The position numbers were made by a program, and so were the translations under genes. From Schmidtea polychroa (taxonomy: Eukaryota), in contig CM097885.1 in NCBI GenBank assembly GCA_044892525.1, positions 42,534,001-42,598,000 on the forward strand: 64,000 nucleotides of DNA, given 5' to 3'. Below are positions 55,357-64,000 of the stretch, one piece after another; positions within the stretch are counted from its first letter, which is position 1; the number at the start of each line of letters is the position of its first letter. Under the pieces are notes generated by a model. The model saw only the letters and a program-made list of their open reading frames with translations, was not told the origin of the DNA and ran no database searches.

Positions 55357-58300
55357 ATGAATTCTTTAATAGAAAACGTTATGAATGTCCGAGAAAAAAT
55401 TCAGAAATTTGGTAAATTTTAATTTATTTATTAATTAATTTATTAATTAATTTAGATAATATTAATGAAGACAATTTAAAATCTAAGATTAAAGGAAATT
55501 TGAAAAGAAAAAGTAAACATAATTTTTAATTTATTGATTTAATTAATTAATAATTTAGGTAATACGAATAAAGAAAAAAATTATGTCAATGTGTCAATAA
55601 ATCGAAATGAAAATTTACAATGTAAGTATTGATTACTTTTTATAATTTAAAGGAAATTTAATATAATTTTTTATTTAAGTAAATGTTAATATTTTTAATT
55701 TAGTAAATTTTTATTTTTTAGTAAATAAAATTTGTAAAATAATAATAATTTGCAAATTTTTGCGTAAACATTTACTAAAATATTTCATTTAAATTATATT
55801 TTTTTTATTAAATTTTTATTTTATAGGTATACTTTACCCAAATTATTGTTCATCGAAAGAACATGATAATAATTGCCATTCTATAATGGAGAATTATTAT
55901 ACGAAAAAATATTATAATAAAACTTATTTTATATGTCCCGTATGTAAGACTAGTGACCCCGTAACATATAGCGTTTTTTATAATAAACATAAAAATCATT
56001 TAGATAGGTTTAATTTTAAAAAAGATAGTGTTTTTAAAAGACCCTCAACTATAGAAAAAAATAAAAAAATTAAATTAGATACTTCTTCTTTTGAATCCCA
56101 GGTCGGATTGCCTTTTGTGGAATCCAATGATGGATTGGTTGTCGAATCCCATGATAGATTGGTTGTTGAATCCCAGGTCGGATTAGATAATATTTCCCTT
56201 GACTCTTGGGATGGATTAAATATAATACAAATAGGTGGAAATGTTCCAATAATACAAAAAGATCTAAGAGGTACCCATCAAATATTAAGCTTAAATACAA
56301 GCGACTTAAATATAAAAGAAATAATATTTCCTGAACAACTAATAAAAAAATTACGAGATATTATTAACGAATTAGGCTCCGTCAAAATTCAATTCGGAAT
56401 AACAATCGAATTTGAAAAAGACGGGGAAATAAAGGTTAATAATATCTCAAATTATGCAAAGCCTTTAACTGCATCATTTTTTGACGAAGGCATTAGGGAA
56501 CTAAACGAGAAAATAAGTAATATCACAGAGTTAGGAAGTAGCTGGATCATAAAAAAAATAACAGAAATTCACTTCACCATAACAAAGATAAGTAGGCTAA
56601 GTAGATTAAGTGGTAGGAGTTTCATTGAACTACCTACTTATCTAAAAAATAAATATTGTTTAATTAATATAAAAAACACCGATGATTCATGTTTTTTATA
56701 TAGCATTTTAGCTATTTTAAAATATGATGAGGTTAGTAGTTATGCTAGAAATAGGACATCCAGTTATAATTTATCTGAATTAATATATAATCCATTGGAC
56801 TTACCCATGAAATTAAAAGATATTAGAAAATTCGAGGCCAAAAATCCTGGTTTAATAATTAACGTTTTTTCTTATGACAATAACAAACAATTAATAGATA
56901 ATTACGTTTTAAAACACCCACATTTAGACATTATACATCGTTCCAAAGTTTTAAATGGAACTGTAATTAATTTACTATTATTAAATAAAGGGAACAATTT
57001 CCATTACGTTGCTATAAGCAATTTAAATAGGTTATTGAATTGTGGTATCAACACTACTTGTCCTACACGCATACGTTCATTATGGTGCCATCGGTGTTTG
57101 AATGGGTTTAATAATAGAAACGCACTAGAAAAACATGAAATATTATGCAAACGTAATCAATTAGGAACAACTCTTTATACTTTCCCTCAAAATAAATTCT
57201 TACAGTTTACTGACTGGTCGAAAACAGTAACTCCTCCTTTTGTAGTTTATGCCGATTTTGAGGCTATTTTACCTTCTGATAATGATCATTTTCAGCGACA
57301 CATGCCAATATCTGCTGGTCTTTTACTAGTAAATAACTTTGACGGATCTAAATCTTATCAGCAGTTCATAGGTTTAGATTGCGTCGAGAGTTTTTTAAGT
57401 GCTATAGAGGATATAGCATTAAATAAGGTTCTTCCTTTTTATTATAAAATGGGTAGGAAACCTATGATGAAATTAACAAAAATTGAACAACGTTAATTTG
57501 TTAGTGCATCTGTTTGTTATCTTTGTTTGAAATCTATCGTGGATCCTGTTAGAGATCACGATCATTTTACGGGGAAATACTTGGGTGCAGCTTGTAGCAC
57601 ATGTAACATAAATAGGAAAATAAATAAAATTTTGCCTATCGTATTTCACAACTTGAAGGGATACGATATGCACCATATACTTAAATATGGATTAAATAAA
57701 TTTAAAAATTGGAATTTAGGGTGCATCCCAATAACTACGGAAAAATTTATATCTTTGATTGCTCATTTAGGTAAAATTAGCCTAAGATTCATTGATTCGT
57801 ATCAATTTGTCAATGATTCTTTGGCTAAAGCAGTCAAAACTTTGAATTCTTTGCCTTTTACTAATTCTGCTTTTTCTGGCACCATAGTAAGTGAAAAAGG
57901 AATCTTCCCTTATAATTTCGCCACTTCTTTAGATATTCTCCAAACTACTTATGAATTACCACCAATCTGGGAGGGTGTCACTGAGCTTGAGTATGAAAAA
58001 GCTCAGGAGATTTGGGTAGAAACTAATTGCGTAACTTTATTAGATTATATGATGATCTACCTAAAACTTGATTGTTTTCTTTTGGCTGATTTCTTTCATC
58101 AGTTTCGGTTGAAATCCATTGCTCACAATAGATTGGAACCATTGAATTATTTCGGAATTCCAGGCATGTCTTGGTCTTCTGCATTAATGTCTTTAAATGA
58201 ACCAATTGAACTCATAACTGAAAACGAAATGTTTAGCTTTTATGAGGGTGGAATAAGAGGCGGTCTTACTTTTGTGAATAAGCATTACGTAAAAACCGAC

Positions 58301-59689
58301 GAGAACACTGAGTTACTATATATAGATATTAATAATCTTTATGGCTGGGCTTTAAGTCAATCATTACCTTGTGGCGAATTTTGTTGGGTTCTTGATGGAT
58401 TTGATAAAATAATGGATGAATGTAGGAATTTAAATCTTGAATCTTTGTCTTATGGATACACACTTGAAGTTGATCTTGTAATTCCTTCTGAGCTTCATGA
58501 TAAGTTGGATGATTTCCCTGTAGCTGCTGAAAAAATGAAACCTGCTGGGTCTAAGGTTGAAAAATTATTATTAACTCATCTTCCAAAATCTAATTATGTT
58601 ATTCATTGGAGATTATTAAAATTATATTTGGAACTTGGTGTTAAAGTAACACGTGTAAATAGGGGTGTAAGATTTAAGCAATCACCAATTTTTAAAAAAT
58701 ATATAGATACAAATACCGAATTAAGATCAAAAAGCGTAAATAGCTTAGATAAAAATTATTATAAATTGCTAAATAATAGTTTATACGGCAAAACAGTTGA
58801 AAATTTAAAGAGAAGAATGAATCTTCGTCTTTGTACAACTGCCGGTAAATTAGTTAAATATTCGTCAAAACCGACTTTTAAAAAATCTATTAAAATAGCA
58901 GATAATTTAATTGCAGCACTATTGAATTCCGATTCTATATGTTTAGATAGACCGAGTTACATTGGTCAATCTGTACTTGATCTATCTAAACTTAGAATGT
59001 ATGAATTGCAATATAAGGATCTGGAATCATTTCGCAATGAGTTTAATTGTAAAATTAATATCGTTGCAGGTGATACAGATTCTTTTTTCCTCGAAGTCAT
59101 TAACTGCAAACTTGAGGTTCTTTTACCTGCAATGGTTCGAGATAATTTATTGGATACTTCCAATTACAATAGTTGTCATTCCTTATATAGTAAGAACCTT
59201 GATTCAGTCATTGGAAAGTTCAAAGACGAGAATAAAGGTCTTAAATATAAGGAGTGGGTTTTTCTTAGACCTAAATGTTATAGCTTGTTGGGTGATGAGG
59301 AAACAAAAAAGGCTAAAGGTGTAACATTGAAAGGTAGTGACATAAAACATCAGTCATACCTGGATTGTTATAACACTAACCAGATTTTTTCGGTTCCTCA
59401 GACTAAAATAACAAGCAAAAATCATCAAATTTTTACAATTAAAAACACAAAAATAGCACTAACTAACAAAGATGACAAAAGGGTTTGGGTGGGGCAAAAT
59501 ACTAGTCTTGCATATGGGCATGTAAGATTAAGTGAATTAAATATTGGAGAAAATGTTGGAGAAATTGTTGCAGAAAATGTTTCAGAAAATGTTGGAGAAA
59601 ATGATGGAGAAGATGAGGAAGAATTAAATGAAGATTTTGGAGAAGATGACATCGATATCGATGACGTTATTTTGTCCGATGAGGACTAA
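55357..59689 (+). CDS. Protein-primed family B DNA polymerase, right copy; exons 55357-55411, 55456-55512, 55559-55621, 55827-59689; one internal TAA at 57494-57496
   Basis: C2H2-like CHRC...LEKHEILC; ExoI VYADFE; EndoVII-like CYLC...RDHDHFTGKYLGAACSTCN; ExoII FHNLKGYD; KGIFPY; pol motifs YIDINNLYG, KLLNNSLYGKT and GDTDS; KAKGV; DDKR. The two track ORFs share a frame. Confidence 0.9.
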
Positions 59690-59827
59690 TTTTATTGAAT
59701 AAATTTTATATCTTTACATTTGTTATTTGGTAAATTTTTATGTTTGTTATGTGTCTAGTTCATTTTTATGTGTTTAGTTAATTTTTTATGTGTTGTATAG
59801 TATTTGGTTGATATATTATTAATATTA

Positions 59828-59910
<83 letters not shown>

Positions 59911-62900
59911 TCATAAAAATTTTCATTAAAAATTATCTTAAAAATTATTCTATTAAAATTTCCATTAAAAATTACCATTGAAAATTATTCATAAAAATTT
60001 CTATTAAAAATTACTTAAAAAATAATTCATTAAAATTTCCATTAAAAAATTTCAATTCTCAAACACCTTCTATTTTTGTTAATAAATTTAAAAATCTTAC
60101 TTTAATTTACTTATTACATTACTTTAATTTACTTATTTAAAAATTATTACTTTAATTTACTTATTTAACTTTAATTTAAATTTTTTTTTACCATTGATTA
60201 TTTAATTTTAAAATTTGGACCTTAATTAACTTTAATTTAATTTTTAGAACCATAATTTACTTTAATTTTAAAATTTTTGACCATTATTTACTGTAATTTA
60301 ATTTTTAGAACCATTATTTACTGTAATTTAAAATATTTGGACCATTATTTACTTTAATTTAATTTTTTAGAACCAATTTTTACTTTAATTTAAAAATTTG
60401 GATCATAATTTACTTTAATTTAAATTTTTGGACTGTAATTCAAAAATTTTGACCATAATTTACTTTAATTTAATTTTTAAGAACCATAATTTACTTTAAT
60501 TTAATTTTTAAGAACCATAATTTACTTTAATTTAAAAATTTGGACCATAATTTACTGTAATTTAATTTTTTAGAACCATTATTTACTTTAATTGAAAAAT
60601 CTTAGCCCATAATTTACTTATTTAGACCATAATTTACTTTATTTCAAAAATAAATCTGAACCTTGATTTACTTAAATTTTTAGACCCATCATTTACTTTA
60701 TTTTTAAATTTTAGACCCATAATTTACTTTATTTTAAAAATTTACTATGCGTTTTTTAATGTAAACCACCTTTTCTATTGAAATTCTCATGACCAAGAAG
60801 ATCCCCTCACTATAGTGTGAAAAATCCATGCTTTTTTATTGAAGACTACCTTTTTCTATTGAAATTCTCAGGACCAAGGAGACCCACCCAAATAATATTT
60901 ATCCTTGGCTTGTTTATTGAAAAAAAAAAAAAAAAAAAAAAAAATTTGTATTTAAAATCCCAGAAAACATTGGGCATTACGGCAACAATTATGTAATCAA
61001 AAAATGTCTACGGAAAAAGTTATGCAATCAAAAGTTTGCAACATTTTTTACCCCCCCCCCCCCTATTGCTGCCGTAAGCCACTAACTACCTACTTACTTG
61101 GTATCTAGTTGTTAGCTGGTTGTTTTTGGTTGTTAGTACTTGGTACCTAGTTGGTTACTTGTTTTTGGTTGTTACTACTTATTAGGTGGTTTTAGGTACT
61201 TGGTATCAGGTAACTGGTTGTTAGTAACTAGTTGTAGGTACTTAGTAGTTAATAATTAATGCTTAGTACCTGGTTGTTAGTACTTGGTACCTAGTTGGTT
61301 GCTTGTTTTTGGTTGTTAGTACTTATTAGGTGGTTGTAGATATCTGGTTGTTTGAGAGTTAGTTAGTACGTGGTATCTAGTTGTTAGTATCTAGTTGTAG
61401 GTAGTTAGTAGTTAATAATTAATGCTTAGTACCTGGTTGATGTTGGTTGTAAGTACTTGGTATCTAGTACCTAGTTGGTTGTAGGTACTTAGTAGTTGGT
61501 AACTGGTACCTAGTTGATTGCTTGTTTTTGGTTGTTAGTACTTGTGAGGTGGTTGTATTTACTTAGTATCTAGTTGTTCGTATCTTGTTGTAGGTAGTTA
61601 GTGGTTAATAATTAATGCTTAGAACCTGGTTGATGTTGGTTGTATGTACTTGGTAGGTGGTAGTTAGTTGTTAGCTGGTTGTTGTGGCTTGTAAGTACTT
61701 GGTAGGTTGTAGCTAGTTGTTAGTTGTTTTTTTTTAGTTGTTAGTATTTGGTAGTTGGTTGTAGGTACTTGGTTGATAATGCTTAGTAGCTGGTTGTTGT
61801 CGGTTGTGAGTAGTTGGTATCAGGTTGTTAGTAACTAGTTGTAGGTATCTGGTTGTAAATACATGTTCGTAAGTTACTGGTTTTTGGTACTAAGTTGTTA
61901 GTTTGTTGTTGAATTATTATTAAAATTTGTCTTTGAAAAATATTTCATTAAAATTTCTATTAAAAATTACTTAAAAAATTATTTCATAAAAATTTTCATT
62001 AAAAAATTTCAATTCTCAAACACCTATTATTTCAACTTTTTGTTAATAAATTTAAAAATTATTACTTTAATTTACTTATTTAACTTTAATTTAAAATTTT
62101 TTTACCATTGATTACTTAATTTAAAAATTTGGACCATAATTTACTGTAATTGAAAAATTTGGACCATAATTTACTTTTAATTGAAAAATTTACCACGTTT
62201 TTTAGTGTAGACCACCTTTTTGTATTGAAGTTCTCAGGACCAAGGAGACCCCCTCACTATAGTGTGAATAATCCATGCTTTTTTAGTGGTAGTCGGATTA
62301 TTGTATTGAAAAATTTTTTTTATTGAAAATCCCAGGACCATCGAGACCCATTGCTGCAGGGAGCTCCTAACTACCTACTCACTTTGCGTTTCATTTAAAT
62401 TTTATATTATAGTATGTCTTCTTTTTAATTATGTTACCCCTTTTTTGTTTCAACTTACGTCTCCTTTTTCTCCTATAAAAATTGTGTCTCTGAATATAAC
62501 TTATTTTCTTTTATAGTCTACCATCCAATAACACTTTTAGAATAATTATTTTTACTTCCAGTACATTATCTTGGATCGTCCGTAATTACCCTATTATCTT
62601 TGACCATTGGAGATCTGTACACCGAAGCACATAAATTATATGCAACCCAGACAAATATTATGGGTAAATGGTAAATTTAAAGTTATATTTTGCATTAAAT
62701 TAATATTTTTTTCTCAATATTTTTCAAATATTTTTAATATTGTTATGTTAATAATAATTTTATTAAAATTAAAATTTCGTATTTATTATGAATTTCAGGG
62801 AATATATAAATTAATTTATTATTAAAAATTTAATAAATTGTCATTTAATACATTTTTGAAAATATTCTAAAATGTTTTCAATTAAAAATAATTTTGGGAA

Positions 62901-63531
62901 ATTTTTTACGTGATTCCAGTAATTTTCTCCTTGTTCCATGTTTTCGATCAATTTTTTTAACAATTTCTGATAATTTAAGAATTAACTTTAAATTTAATAT
63001 TTTAATGATAAAGTACGTTTTTTATGCTTTTCTCCATTATTTGCCTTAATTTCCGGTTATTTATTATTTTCCAAATTTCTAAGTTTTAAATAGAAATTTT
63101 TGCTCGTCTACGACTCATAGAAAAGTAAAACGTGATAAATCGCTAGAAAAATAAATAATATTTATATAAAAAATTCGAATTTTAACGTTGTTTAGAAATT
63201 TGGAAATTATAATAGTACAAGGAATTAGCAGTGTTTTTATAAATATAAAAACACTGCTAATTCCTTGTACTATTATAATTTCCAAATTTCTAAATTTAAC
63301 CAAATAATGTAAATGTTCAAATACACGATTTTCATATTATTTAACTTCAGCCCTTAAACCTAAATTTGAAATTATATAACAAGTAAATTTATCAAATTTT
63401 CATTAAAAATACGAATCAGCATGTTATTATTTATGAAAATATTTCATCATTACAAGTCTGTCATGTTCAAATTTTACTCATTTATAATCACCATTTCAAG
63501 AAAATTAATCAGAATTTATCTCCATGTAAGT

Positions 63532-64000
63532 TATTATTATTATTATTATTTCATAAAAATTTTCATTAAAAATTATCTTAAAAATTATTCTATTAAAATT
63601 TCCATTAAAAATTACCATTGAAAATTATTCATAAAAATTTCTATTAAAAATTACTTAAAAAATAATTCATTAAAATTTCCATTAAAAAATTTCAATTCTC
63701 AAACACCTTCTATTTTTGTTAATAAATTTAAAAATCTTACTTTAATTTATTACATTACTTTAATTTACTTATTTAAAAATTATTACTTTAATTTACTTAT
63801 TTAACTTTAATTTAAATTTTTTTTTACCATTGATTATTTAATTTTAAAATTTGGACCTTAATTAACTTTAATTTAATTTTTAGAACCATAATTTACTTTA
63901 ATTTTAAAATTTTTGACCATTATTTACTGTAATTTAAAATATTTGGACCATTATTTACTTTAATTTAATTTTTTAGAACCATTATTTACTTTAATTTAAA
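63532..64000 (+). repeat. Start of a further direct copy of the post-polymerase region (~59890 onward)
   Basis: (TTA)n-TTTCATAAAAATTTTCATTAAAAATTATCTTAAAAATTATTC... matches 59890-60400 with small indels. Confidence 0.9.

Larger units (their letters stand above)
44050..63531. mobile_element. Giant inverted repeat (arms ~44050-53323 and ~54255-63531) with two divergent pPolB genes
   Basis: All ORFs are mirrored (coordinate sums 107580-107581). Arms differ only by scattered substitutions and homopolymer or microsatellite lengths. Confidence 0.95.

Noticed and set aside
44050..63531. Calling the palindrome a canonical Polinton with very long TIRs
   Set aside because: No integrase, ATPase, protease or capsid ORFs, AG-repeat termini or TSD are visible, and the spacer is under 1 kb.

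Overview
Very AT-rich eukaryotic (metazoan) genomic DNA with long (AAT)n arrays and 44-56 nt introns. This is consistent with a planarian-like genome, which is an inference from composition only. Two host genes lie on the + strand. One is the 3' half of an ADAMTS-like/punctin (MADD-4-type) gene: six exons, 4801-23662, TSP1-Ig-TSP1-PLAC. The other is the first five exons of a CLN6 homologue (37814-41068). The rest is mostly transposon-derived: an intact hAT transposase, hAT and piggyBac MITEs, mariner, piggyBac, MULE, Penelope and Helitron remnants, several Ty3/gypsy fragments, and one full gypsy element (25899-34680) carrying a 4.07-kb TG..CA insertion with its own ORF. Three items stand out. 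(1) A ~19.5-kb palindrome (44050-63531) whose two ~9.3-kb arms each carry a stand-alone, intron-containing protein-primed family-B DNA polymerase gene with an endonuclease-VII-like insert. No integrase, capsid or ATPase gene is visible; there are perfect hairpins near the outer ends and a repeat-rich central spacer. (2) A 1.07-kb TG..CA-bounded element encoding an in-frame chimera of proteasome alpha-6, myotubularin and ClpP fragments. (3) Two minimal hammerhead-ribozyme motifs.
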